This document shows, in pieces, positions 1-12,108 of a stretch of 64,000 nucleotides of DNA. The notes under the pieces were generated by a model. That model saw nothing but the letters and a program-made list of their open reading frames with translations, ran no database searches and was not told the origin of the DNA. Position 1 is the first letter of the stretch. Every line of letters starts with the position of its first letter. The position numbers and the translations under genes are program-made. This DNA is from Octopus sinensis (taxonomy: Eukaryota): assembly GCF_006345805.1 (NCBI RefSeq), contig NC_043007.1, forward strand, positions 31,620,001 to 31,684,000, in the 5' to 3' direction.

Positions 1-1978
1 AACAAACTGTGTTTTGCTCTTTAAAGTCTTTGAAATGTCGTTTTTAACTCAAAATATCAAGGCTAATTAAATATTTCTTGGGTGACATTTCAATAACTTT
101 GTCATTTTTTACATTTAATGTCGTATCTGCATTCCTATTTCTGTTTATAAATGCACAGATTTTCTACACAACTTCACAAATATTTCAAGCACGCTATAAC
201 ACTTCTAAGTTGTTTCAAAACAAGGCAGATAAGACACACACATGCACTGTGGTTGTAGTGTTAATTGTTGAACTATTTAACCACATGAGTTGCATACTCC
301 ATTGGTTTGATCACCATTCATTATTCTGCCTGCTTCAGGTTACCCGATAACTTATCCTCCTACCCTTCATTTGTAAACTCTAACATCCAGCAATAAAAGG
401 AATTGCACTGAGTAAAGCTGTCTCATTTATTTGAATGTTGAAAATAAATCCAAGCAGCATAGGACTGACTCATGGGAGTGTTTTTGGAAATATAACAGAA
501 ATGGAGAACCTTTTTATTTTCAAAAAGCCATTTGGGTTTCAGTATGGGTCAACATTTTAGAACTATTGAGTCCTCTAAAATTTGTGTTATTAAAATATAA
601 AAGATAATTTGAAGTTTATGTGGATATATTACCAAATTTCCATTTTGGTAGTTTGAAAATCTTTTCTGTATGATTTAATGTCAAAGAACTGTTGTGTAAA
701 GATGACCTACATTTCTCTATTGATTTAATAGGAAAATTGCTAGAGGTGTTTCAAACTAGACAGTAGTAGTAGTAGTATTTATAATGAATTTTGTGAAGGA
801 TAGTTGCAACACAATGTTTAAACCAAAAGAACAAGGTAGTTGGGTAGGTATTGTGGAGTTTGTGACTTCAGTTAGAAAACTGACTGGTCATATACTTGGG
901 GAGTTTGTATGGAAATAAATTAGGAAGTGTTGAATATAAGTTCCCAAAGTAAATGAATCTATCAATTAGTATAATGACGAAGTGAAGCTTCAGGCTGATA
1001 ACTGTTGCTTGAAGACCTGCTAATATATATATGTGCAATATATATACAACTGATAATGAATGTTAATTTAATGTGGTAGTCTTTCTATTTGATGTCATCT
1101 CTATTGAAGGGTTATAGATTAAGTGCATTATACGTAATAATATAATCAATGAGGTATAATGAAAATTGAGACGTTTATTTATGGACCGTTTGGGTTAGTA
1201 TTTCAGATCTACAGAACTTAGATTTAATGAAAACCATTCAAGTAGTCCTTGACTAATTAGCATTTTGTCAAACTTATCCAGCTGTTATAAAATTAACAGG
1301 TTTCTATGTGATGAAAATGCCTTGTTTGTCATTAAAGAAAACCTGGCATAGTTTTGGCAATTGATTATAATTCAGTTTGTTTGCCTAAAAATACTTTTTA
1401 CAGATTTTAAGTAAATGGGTGTGGATGTCTGCAATGAGGCTGTTAAGCGAAATTAATCATAAAGCCATTAGGCTCTTCACTGTCTTCTCTCCTTTTCCAA
1501 CTGGGGTAGCCATATGTCTCCTCTACTGCAAGACAATTGTTTCAGTCCTTTTATCATACTTTAACCTCTCTATACCTAGCATGAAGCCTTCTCCCTTGGT
1601 GCCACACCCCATCATTTGAGGGATCTTGTCTTAGTAACTACTTGGTGAGCTCACTAGCACCAGTACCATGCAAAAAAAAAAAAAAAGAAAAACCTTCAGC
1701 ATGTTGAAATGGTTGGCATTAGGAGGGGCATGAGAAATAGATGTTAAATGATGGTGAGAATGATAATGATATGAAAAAGAAGCTTTTGGATGAAACCATT
1801 TTATGAGGAATCTTTAAGTTTGTTTGCTTAATGAAATTCTTTGACAATGTAGATTCAAGAAGTCTGTTGCAAAATTGTATATACTAAAACTGTATTAAAG
1901 AATTATGAAGCATTGACAGATAACTTGTTCCTCTTTATGACTGCCTAATCCTAACAAGAACACAGAAGTGTCCAGACT

Positions 1979-2220
1979 TTAACCTTTTCGTTACTATATT
2001 TGTTTTGAGATGCTCTGTGTCTATTTCAATTAATTTTAAATATAACAAAGAATTTAGTAAAATAACTTTAGTAAATTTAGTAAAACACTTTAGATAGTGT
2101 TAGGAACATAAATTGTGACTAAGGTTTGGTGGAAGATTTCAATTCAAAACTTATGAAAACAAGACATTTGTACTACAGAGCCAGAGCCAGTCTCAGCCGG
2201 GTTGGTAATGAAAGGGTTAG
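1979..2220. mobile_element. MITE-like element with piggyBac-style TTAA/CCCT ends
   Basis: TTAA-CCTTTTCGTTAC ... GTAATGAAAGGG-TTAG; 10 of 12 inverted-repeat positions match. Confidence 0.6.
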
Positions 2221-3626
2221 GGGAATCCAACACATTGGTGCAATTAACTGAACTAGACTGTGCAAGTAAGGGCAATGACAGCTGATTAAAGTTCATGAAA
2301 GACCAGAGAACTTCTTTGTCAGCAGATAAAAGGGTTCCTTATTTGTATGAACAATGCAAGTGTTTACTATATAGAGGCGTGGTGAAGTAGTTGTTGACAG
2401 CAGTAATGAAAGATCTGGTGAAGGTTTGGAATCAAGATTGCCTGTTTAGTAGTGATATCATAATGAGATCATTCATATAAAATAGTCAGTGTATGAATGT
2501 GTATCTTGACATTTGATGAAAGATTTTCATCTTTGGCGTTCATGTTTCAAGAATGGCAGCGTTCAAAGGATTAGGAATTTAAGAACAAGAGTATTGTTAA
2601 TAATTAATGTTAAACGTATTTAGCTGAAATGGTATGTTGAATACATTTTGTCAAAAGATAGGTAAATACTTTTATAATGTCTTAAAAAGAAAAGAATTTT
2701 CTAAATTTATAAATAAAAATTGTCAGCTGGGACTTTGTTGAACGATTTGTGTGTGTATATTGTACTCAGTATGTTGTGGAGACTGCATGTCTGAAATTGA
2801 AAATACTTCAAAGGATGAGTTTGTAAAATGTTATATACATTATACACACTACCCAAGCCTGTTGAGTAGCTTTTGAAGTGGTTTCAATTTCAAAAACATC
2901 TGTGTGTCTGTGTGAATATTCAAATTAGAGAGAGATTGGGGGAAATATTCAACAGTTTTTCATTTACTTAAAATTGAACACAATCATTCGAGTTCCTCAT
3001 TTACTGCTTTTCACAGTAACTCTGTGTGTGTGTGTGTGTGTGTAATATACACACTAATCATATTAAGGCTATTTAGAATCCTGTTTAATCTCCCAAATTG
3101 TAAGATGTAGCTGGGGACAAGCCACTACCCAACTGTGTTAATTCATATTTGCAGATCTATCAAACACATGTGAAACAAGATTTATATATGTGATAGAAAA
3201 AAATAGTCAATGTTTATTTTTTTCAATACTTACATCTTTCATTCCTTCATATTGTAATTTATTATAATATTTTGATATTATGTTAATTGCTGGACATTAA
3301 AGGTGATTAATTTAATATTTCAGATCAAGTTGAATGGTTAAACAACTTGATAAATAGTGCCTTTAGTATTATATAAACATGAAAATATAACTATTTAGAC
3401 CTTTTCCTTTGTCATTTGACCTCTTCAGTTTTCTATGCTCAATAAATCATGTCAGACCATTCTCATTTTTGCTTTTAGGGCATAATAAATTAAGAGGCAT
3501 CGCTGGAATCAGCCATTGGTAGCCAATAAAACAATAGGCTTAAGTCTCCTCATGGTATAAATAGAACCTTTTCTTAGAAATTAATAATTTTAACTACTTC
3601 CTCCTGCAAAATATTTTCTAAATCTC

Positions 3627-3883
3627 CATCATCATTTAACATCCGTTTTCCATGCTGGCATGGGTTGTAAGGTTTGACCGGGGTGTGGGAAGCCAGGAGG
3701 CTGCACTAGGCTCCAGTATGATCTGGCAGTGTTTCTACGGCTGGATGCCCTTCCTAACACCAACCACTCTGAGAGTGTAGTGGATGCTTTTTACATGCCA
3801 CTGGCACAGGGGCCAGAGGAGGCTGGCAACAGCCATGATCGGTTGGTGCTTTTTACATGCTACCAGCACAGAAGCCAGTCAAG
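3627..3883 (-). mobile_element. SINE-like repeat family A (RTE-type tail; (CAT)n on + strand)
   Basis: catcat...ttccatgctggcatgggttg...ctggatgcccttcctaac, shared with more than 10 copies in the window. Confidence 0.85.
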
Positions 3884-4334
3884 AACCTTTTTTATTAAAT
3901 GACCTTCAGTAATACTTTATTCCATATCGTCTTGATCTGATCAAATAACCCACAGTTTATCACTTCATCCTCATCACATATTAAAATTGACAGTCTTTCT
4001 GCCATGTTTTCTCTCTCGAAATATGAATAGTCCTTTTTGAATTCATATTGTGAATCCAGTGCAGGTATTTCATTGCTATGTTGACTCGTTTATACATTTA
4101 CCACCAGTTCAACCTGACAGCACTCAAGCTGTTACGACTACAAATCTTTGGTTCCACCCTCTTGTGGTATCAAACTGATTCCATCATAAATTATTTCTTA
4201 TATTTGTCTGATGGGTGCATCATATTTTTTGTGGAAGCTTTTTGCCTGATTCTTAAAACTGACTGCCCCTTGCTTGACCATTATTGGCAAGGAACTTTTT
4301 TTCTACTTAAGTCTTCAACAGTCTCTTCTGAATG

Positions 4335-4545
4335 TTTGCAGCAAGTTGAGAGAATCCCTAGCACATTGGATAAAGTGCTTAGTGACATTTCTTTCAGCTC
4401 TTTGCATTCCAAGTTCAAATCCCACTAAGGTCAAGTTTGCTTTCTTCCTTTTGTGGTCAGTAAAATAAAGTAACAGTTAAGTACTATTGGGTTTATATAA
4501 TTGACTAAGCCCCTAAAACTTGTTGGCATTGTGCTTTGATTTATA
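4335..4545 (+). mobile_element. degraded tRNA-derived SINE family D
   Basis: Diverged colinear match to 50091-50322 (box B-like caagttcaaatccc). Confidence 0.55.
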
Positions 4546-4935
4546 ACCAATTTAGCCAACCTTACTTTGTGGCTACTCATCAAACAATTCTGTCCCAATA
4601 CTTGGAGGTCTTTGAGGGCTGTGCATCATCAAGTTGCATGTATTCTTGACTGAACTCTTTATTTGGTCAGTTCTTCAATGTCTTCCAGAATATTTGGAAA
4701 TGAAAATTCCTGTAGACAATCAGAATTTGTGGTTAGTTTCAAATAATTATATGAAAATTAAAAAAATCTAAGAACAGAAAGCAAGTAAAATTTAATTATC
4801 TTCAGAAAGCAGAACTGAATTGTAGACACCAGTCCAAATCTAGTGATATTTTAGTAATAATTCGACTCTACTGAACAAATTCTTCAAAATTAAAAGCAGT
4901 CTTTAATGAAAGCCATAATTTGAGTGAAAATAATT

Positions 4936-5104
4936 CATCATCATCTTCGTTTAATGTCCGTTTTCTATGCTAGCATGAGTTGGACGGTTCATCCGGGGTC
5001 TGGGAAGCCAGGAGGCTGCACCAGGCTCCAGTCTGATCTGGCAGTGTTTCTACAGCTGGATGCCCTTCCTAATGCCAACCACTCTGAGAGTGTAGTGGGT
5101 GCTT
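4936..5104 (-). mobile_element. SINE-like family A copy (truncated)
   Basis: Same conserved core as the other family A copies. Confidence 0.85.
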
Positions 5105-6280
5105 AATTGGTTCAGCATATCTTATTTGCATTGAAGCTATATTTATTTGCAAACGCACTTTGAAATGAAAGCCATTTTGATCTATTTAAATTTCTGAGCT
5201 CTCTGTCTAGCTTTCTTGACCAGAATTGTCGTTAATACCAATGATTGACTATTCTTCTCATTAGCAGAATATTTTCAAAAAATCCTTGCTTTATTAAGAA
5301 TGTTATCACTTATTTTTCTTTTTGCAATGCTAGAGGTATCCGTATCCATAGCAACTTTTTTCAAAGTCATCAGTACTATGTTCTTCAGGAGAATAGAATA
5401 CGAAGACTACATTTTGCAGCTGAGCATTTCAATGTCTGATTGCTGCAAATTCAGGTCTCTTCAGGATCAAATAAACCAGACGGAAGGTTTCGTTCAATAA
5501 GCCATACACACGGTCACCACCGAAATAGGCTTGGTGACTGACTATTCACAACAAATGTCACTGCAATCAATGCCACCAATTATCGTATGGCTACATCTGG
5601 TGTATTGCAGCAGCTTTATTAGATCAATGTAGCTTGTAATATATAACATTTAATGCACATAATTTTCCAAAACATATTTATCAATAATTAAGATTGATTT
5701 GTGTACAGTTTTCTCTTCAGTTCATACTTCATTGTGAAAGATATGTCAGACAACAAAGGGGTGTTAAAGAAACTAGAAAGCGTGTCTTGTTTGATTCAGC
5801 CTGACCTATTAGAAAGTAGTTGCTGGGTCTCTGTAATCAGTTCTACTTAAGAACTTAGTCATTAGGTAGCTGTTAAATGTTGGTGTGTGTGCTATCTATA
5901 AAGGTTGAAAGCTGACTAACTCCACAATAATTTGATCTTTGCTACTGTATAGCTGATATCTTTCTAACTCCTGATAGATAGTTGGTGACAGGACACAAAC
6001 AGTAGTGATAACAGCTAATGGCTCTAGAAATTCATTCAAATATAAGAAGTCGTCTGTTTTATGCTAATATAGGAACGCTGACAAATTAAAAAAAAAAAAC
6101 TATTTGTGAGTACTAGTTACAACTGTGTCAAAAGCAGATAAATCAGTCAAGTTCTGTACATATTAGAAATAACTATGTACTTAAGTTTGAACCTTAATAT
6201 ATTCAGTGCAAGACAAAAGGTTAATTTGGCAAAGGCCCAGAGAACAGGAACTCTGCATCGAAGAGACATCCTTATGTGAT

Positions 6281-6668
6281 CATCATCATCATCATCATCG
6301 TTTAACATCTGCTTTCCATGCTAGCATGGGTTGGACGATTTTGACTGAGGGCTGGCGAACCAGATGGCTGAACCAGGTTTCAATCTTGATCTGGCAGAGT
6401 TTCAACAGCTGGATGCCCTTCCTAATGCCAACCACTCCAAGATTGTAGTGGGTGCTTTTACGTGCCACCAGCACGGGGTCAGTCAGGCAGTACTGGTAAT
6501 GACCTTGCTCAAATCTTTTTACACATGCCACCGGCATAGGTGCCAGTAAGGTGACGCTGGTAACGACCACACTCGAATGGTGTCTTTTACGTACCACCGG
6601 CATGGAGGCCAGATAGCCACTCTGGCAACGATCACGCTCAGATGGTGCTCTTAATACCCTACAAGCCC
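6281..6668 (-). mobile_element. SINE-like family A copy (long form with internal subrepeats)
   Basis: (CAT)n, core, and repeated ttttacgtgccaccggcac units. Confidence 0.85.
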
Positions 6669-7374
6669 CGTGATATACTAGACAAGAGTTGGCAGAAACT
6701 CAAGCGTTATGTAACCAGCATTAAGTGGGCACACTCATGTTTGTGTGAGTTCTAGTACCCTAATAGCAAATTACATTTTCAAATAATCTGTGCTGAAACA
6801 ATTATTAACCATAAACCGCCTTAGGCTGGATAGTTGTGAACTTCTCAAATAACTTGCTAGCAGTCATAGGCAAATGCTGTTATTTAGGTTGTATGATCAA
6901 TGCTGTTATCATCAGACTCTGAATGTCTTCTTTTGGAAACAAAAAGCGTGTTTGTCTGGGCAAAAAGTAAGCTTTGTAATATCAAGTGTATGGATTATAT
7001 AGGGTAAATAGGGTGGGGGATTAGGCTGATTGGGGCCAAGAGGATATGAAATATAACTTTCTAGTCTGTTAACAGGCATCAAACATTAATCAGTGTTTTA
7101 ATAGCTACTGGTTTGGGCATGTAGTGTCACTGTCAGTGTTTAGGGTTAACTCAAGATTGTCATATGTATAAGGCTAGTCTATTATTAACAAATTCCTGCT
7201 TAACTCTTCATGGTTTAGACAGAAACTCACTTTGCATGCAACAGATTAAGGCAAGTTTTCTGATTGATATTACTTAGAAACAGCATGAAAACTTGTTTTA
7301 TGTGTTGAAACTTGATATAATTGCTCACAACAGTTGGTTTATCTTGGTCTGGCATTGGGCAGCACCCATACTAG

Positions 7375-7710
7375 GACCCTGCCTTGAAGGGTTTTAGTCA
7401 GACAGATCAACCCCAGTACTTATTTACTGTTTTTTGTCTTATTAAATTTTGGTACCTATTCTCTTTAGCTAATGCTACGTTACAAGGAGATGAGTAAACA
7501 AATACAAAGATACACACATACCTGTATGTATAATTGACAGGCTTCCATACAGTTTCTGTCTGTTCTGTCAATCAAATTCACTCACAAGGTAATGGTTGAC
7601 CTGGAACTATAGTAAAAGACACTTGCCCAAGGTGCCACACACTAAGACAGAACCTGGAACCCTGTGGTTGCAAAGTGAACTTCTGAACCACAACCATCCA
7701 TGTCTGTACC
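7375..7710 (-). mobile_element. tRNA-derived SINE family B
   Basis: gacacttgcccaaggtgcc core; reverse complement of the 9239 and 19120 copies. Confidence 0.7.
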
Positions 7711-8592
7711 TGTTGAATTACATTAATAAATAAATTTTTTAAAAAGTGAAATAATTGAAAATAGAAAGATTGCAAATGAAATTCATTAATTTTGATTTCT
7801 AAAATGTCTCTCTTCTTTGTGGAATTGGTTTTGTAATCTGATCATTGTTCGTCAGAATATTCATATTTCAAATACAAACTGTTTGTAATCACATGAAGCA
7901 CCTTACTAAATAGATGTAAACACATAAAACCTATTTTTTGTTACATCATTTTTTGCTTAAAAAAAGCAAGCTTTGGAGATGAATCGAAGGCCAGTCAATG
8001 TACTTCTTGATTCTGGAAATAGAAGGCAGCATCTTTAGAAGATGCAAATTCTAACACATACCATTTCAGATGATACATTTCTGAACAATTATATAGTGGG
8101 GGGAATTTCATTTGATTTTAGACATAAGGCAATTGGAAAATGTGTTCCTTATTTTTAGGAGTTCCGTATGAGGCTGAAGGAGCTACGTCTGTGATTTCTG
8201 TTTAATCCATACCTTTTCATCTAAATTGTTTTTACCTGGCGTTTTATGTGAATCTTAGGTAGCTGTCCTTTTATGCATTTTTAAGTATATTTTCAACTGG
8301 ATTATTACCAAATACCTTATTTAAAACTGTAGATAATAGTGGTAGGTTTGTGTTCTCCACTATTTAAACTAGTGATATGTCAAAATAATAGGTTGTAACC
8401 TATCTTATTAACCTTTTGTTTTATCATAAAGACGGACAATCTCAGGGGTGGAATTTACCTTTGTGTTTTTGTCATGCTTTCAAGTGATTTTACCTTTTGA
8501 TCTATGCCTAATCTTATTGATTTTGATTTTAGATTGTAATTTTTAAGATTTTCTTCTTTCTCTCTCTCTTCTTTTAGAGTTGATAAAGTGTC

Positions 8593-8728
8593 ATGACGGA
8601 GGTAGCGCAGATCCACACGGGGGTCCATTGGGAACCTGGGCAGGCCCCCCAATTGGTGGAAGAAGGTTTCGATAGCGGAAGTAATTCTTCCAAGCTGTTT
8701 GAGCGATCGAGGATCAAAGCTCTAGCAG
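8593..8728 (+). CDS. beta-Spec: beta-spectrin coding exon 1 (N-terminus, MTEVAQ...SRIKALA)
   Basis: Acceptor ttttag at 8577, ATG 8593, donor AG|gtaagt, phase 1. Confidence 0.93.
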
Positions 8729-11700
8729 GTAAGTTGTTTTTATTTTTTAGTTTTCTGTTAATTAGGTATATTTGTGTGTTGCGTGTTTGGTTGCAACATA
8801 TGGTTTTAATGCTCTCAAGATCCATATTTAGATCGTCTACACCTTATTGCTATTTTAGTATTAATGACATGGAATGAATTCCAGTTCTTGCTTATTACAA
8901 ATTCTCTCTGGAATGATTCATTAAATTACGTCATGTGACAGACAAATTAAAAAAAAAGTAAGTTTTGTCAGTCTATTATATTTAGGCAAAAGGTCCCTAT
9001 GTAAACTTTTCCTGTTATTAGGTATCAGTATAGCCTGTGAGGATGTGCACAAAATGATATATTTTAAGAAAATACATTTTTATATTGTAATAAACATGTT
9101 AAACAAGCAATTATGCAAAAAAATAAAAAATGTTTTCTATGGGTAGATTTTTTTTTACAGTTATCTCCTTCCCACAGAAGTGTCTGTTTTTAATTTCTTC
9201 TGTGTGTGTTTATGTCTGAAAAATATATAGAAGTTAATGGCTGTGTGGTTAGGGAGCTTGCTTCCTAGCTACATGGTTTCGGGTTCAGTCCCACTGTGTG
9301 GCACTTTGGGCAAGTGTCTTCTGCTATAGCCTCAAGCCGACCGAAGCTTTGTGATTGAATTTGGCAGGCGGAAGTTACTGCCGTGTGTGTAGGTGCTTGT
9401 GCCTCTCCGAGAGAGAGAGAGAATGTAGCCTTAAGGACACTAACAATCAGGAAATCTGGACCATATTGCATTCTAGCAGACACCTTGAAGGAAGTTCTAC
9501 TACATTGGAGTACTACCTTGCTACATAATGAAGGTGTGGTAGCAGGAGTGTATATGCTTTAAACATTGGAAGGATGCAGACATCATCATCGTCATATACA
9601 AACACAAGGGAAACAAATCCAGTGGATGTACTACGGCACTCTTGTCTATTGCTCATGAGGTTCTGGTCATGGCCAAACTCAAAAGACTGCTCCAAATCAA
9701 TATCAAGCATCACCTCAAGGTCAGAAAGCTGCTTCCATGGGGAGAGAGGAATCTTAATTGCAAACCAGTTTCAGAAGAAATGCAGGGTTCTGCATCCTTG
9801 CCTGTTCATTTGTTCAAAATTTGGTCACATGTTCAATCATTCTACACAGTGATGATGGCTTGAATCTTTTTTTGAGGATGAAGTCTTGTGTGTGAAAACT
9901 GTAGTTTGGCAAGGTTGTATACTGGCTCCTGTATTTTTTTATTGTCTTCACCCGATGGAAAAGTAGGCCAACAGTCACAATTCAGTAATTCAACAGGGAC
10001 CTTGTTTAACACCAGAAGGCTATAAAAAACCAAGCTCAGAGCTGAACAGCCAAGATCTACAATATATTGGTGCTTTTACTTGGATAGTTCATACGGCTCC
10101 CTCCTCTCAGCATATCAACCAAGTGTCATCATCATTACCATCCATTTTCCATTTTGACATGGGTCGGTCAGTTTTACAGGATCTGGCAAGCTCCGAGGTG
10201 GCATCAGACTCCAGTGTCAGCTTTGGTATGGTTTCTACACCTGGATGACATTCCTAACACCAAGCACTTTATACTGTCTACTGGATTGATTTTTATTTTT
10301 TGTTTTTTTTTTGTGATACTGCCACAAGTGAGGTTGCCAAGTAACTTACCAAAATCATATTCCCAGGTAGCAGCATCATTGCTAATGACTTTACATTTGA
10401 TAGTTTAATCCCAGCATCTGTATCAAGGTCGTTCCCCTGGGTAAGACGGATAAGAGATATTGGGTATTTACTGATGACATTAAGACCCAGGAAGTGTTTT
10501 AAAGAACACCAGCAGCCTAAAAATCTACACAAAACCGGCACTAGCTCGAAAATAAATTCAGACGTATGACTCTTGGATCCTTTATAGCCAAATATGTTTA
10601 ATATGGTCAACTGTTGTCTGGAGGACAAGAGACATGGTTCAAAGACTACTTTGGAGACGAACGACTTCAACCCATCAGATGTGATGAGACATGGCTACTT
10701 GCTGCCCAATTTAGTAGTTGCATTTTTGGTCATAAGGATGTTCAGAGATGTACAGGAAAGATGCATCAGGATGGGCAAGAAAAGGCTTACATGCATGTAC
10801 GTATCACATGCGATACCTGTAAGGAAATGTTTACATGTCCTGCAGGTGAGCCAAACTCTACATCAGTGATTGCATTGTGTTATCACCAAAAGAAGTGTGT
10901 GTGTGTGTGCATGTGTGTGTGTGTGCATGTGTGTATTTGTGTATTTACATACACATAGAGAAACATTTACATATACCTATAAATGCATATACTTATGCGC
11001 ATATATTTCTTTGTGTGTGTGTATGTATGTATATACACACACACACACATACATACATACATACATACACAGTTATGCTCCCACATACACTCTCGGAGTG
11101 GTAGGCGTTAGGAAGGGCCTCCGGCTGTAGAAACTCTGCCAGATCAAGATTGGAGCCTGGTGCAGCCAATTGGTTCACCAGCCTTCAGTCAAAATTGTCC
11201 AACCCATGCTAGCATGGAAAACGGTCATTAAACGATGATGATGATGATAGCCACAGCCTTGGGGGCTAAAACATGTAAAAGAATACATGCATATGTATAC
11301 ATGCTGGTGGATATACATCTACATGTTTGTAGGGACATGTGTGTGTGCATTAATGCTAAAGTATATATAAGAATAATTTAAACAATGAACCAAAGAATTA
11401 CTCATTTTTTAGTGGTGTTCCATCATCATCCTCATCATCACCAAGGTACCGGTGATGTCTTTTACATATCACCAGCACTGGCCACGATTTCACTTAAAGT
11501 ACAGCAAATCACCAGAAGTCTCACTCACCCCAAACCTGAAACTTGTATTGAGTAGAGGAGTGAGTGAGACTTCATTTTTGGCCTGCCAGTCTTTGTCAGA
11601 CTACACTAGGGTTCCTTTTGTGTTTGACAAGTTGTTTTTCTGGAGTAGGTGGCGCTGTGTGAAAGAATAACTAGGTCTGGGAAGTAGATGGGTAGGAAGG

Positions 11701-12077
11701 GGGGAATGCAGAGGCCAGGAGGGAAAGTATGTTTGTAGGGTACAGGTAGAAAGTTATTGTTGGAAGATTTTATTAGTTTAGAGTGGGTGTTATTGTTTGG
11801 AGTTCAGTCAAGCACAGAAATGACATATATTTAATATACATGCATGTGTGTGTATGTCTGTATTTAATTATATATATATTTATTTTTTGCCCACAACGGG
11901 CTAAACATAGAGGGGACAAAAAAAGACAGGCAAACGGATTAAGTTGATTACATCGACCCCAGTGCGAAATTGGTACTTTATTTAATGACCTCGGCAGAAT
12001 TTGAACTCAGAACGTAACGGCAGACGAAATACCGCTAGGCATTTCGCCCAGCACGCTAACGTGTCTGCCAGCTTATA

Positions 12078-12108
<31 letters not shown>

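Noticed and set aside
78-8500. ORF-track ORFs upstream of the gene, and most minus-strand ORFs in the window
   Set aside because: Short, low-complexity, or overlapping SINEs, microsatellites or the antisense of spectrin exons; no recognisable protein motifs.
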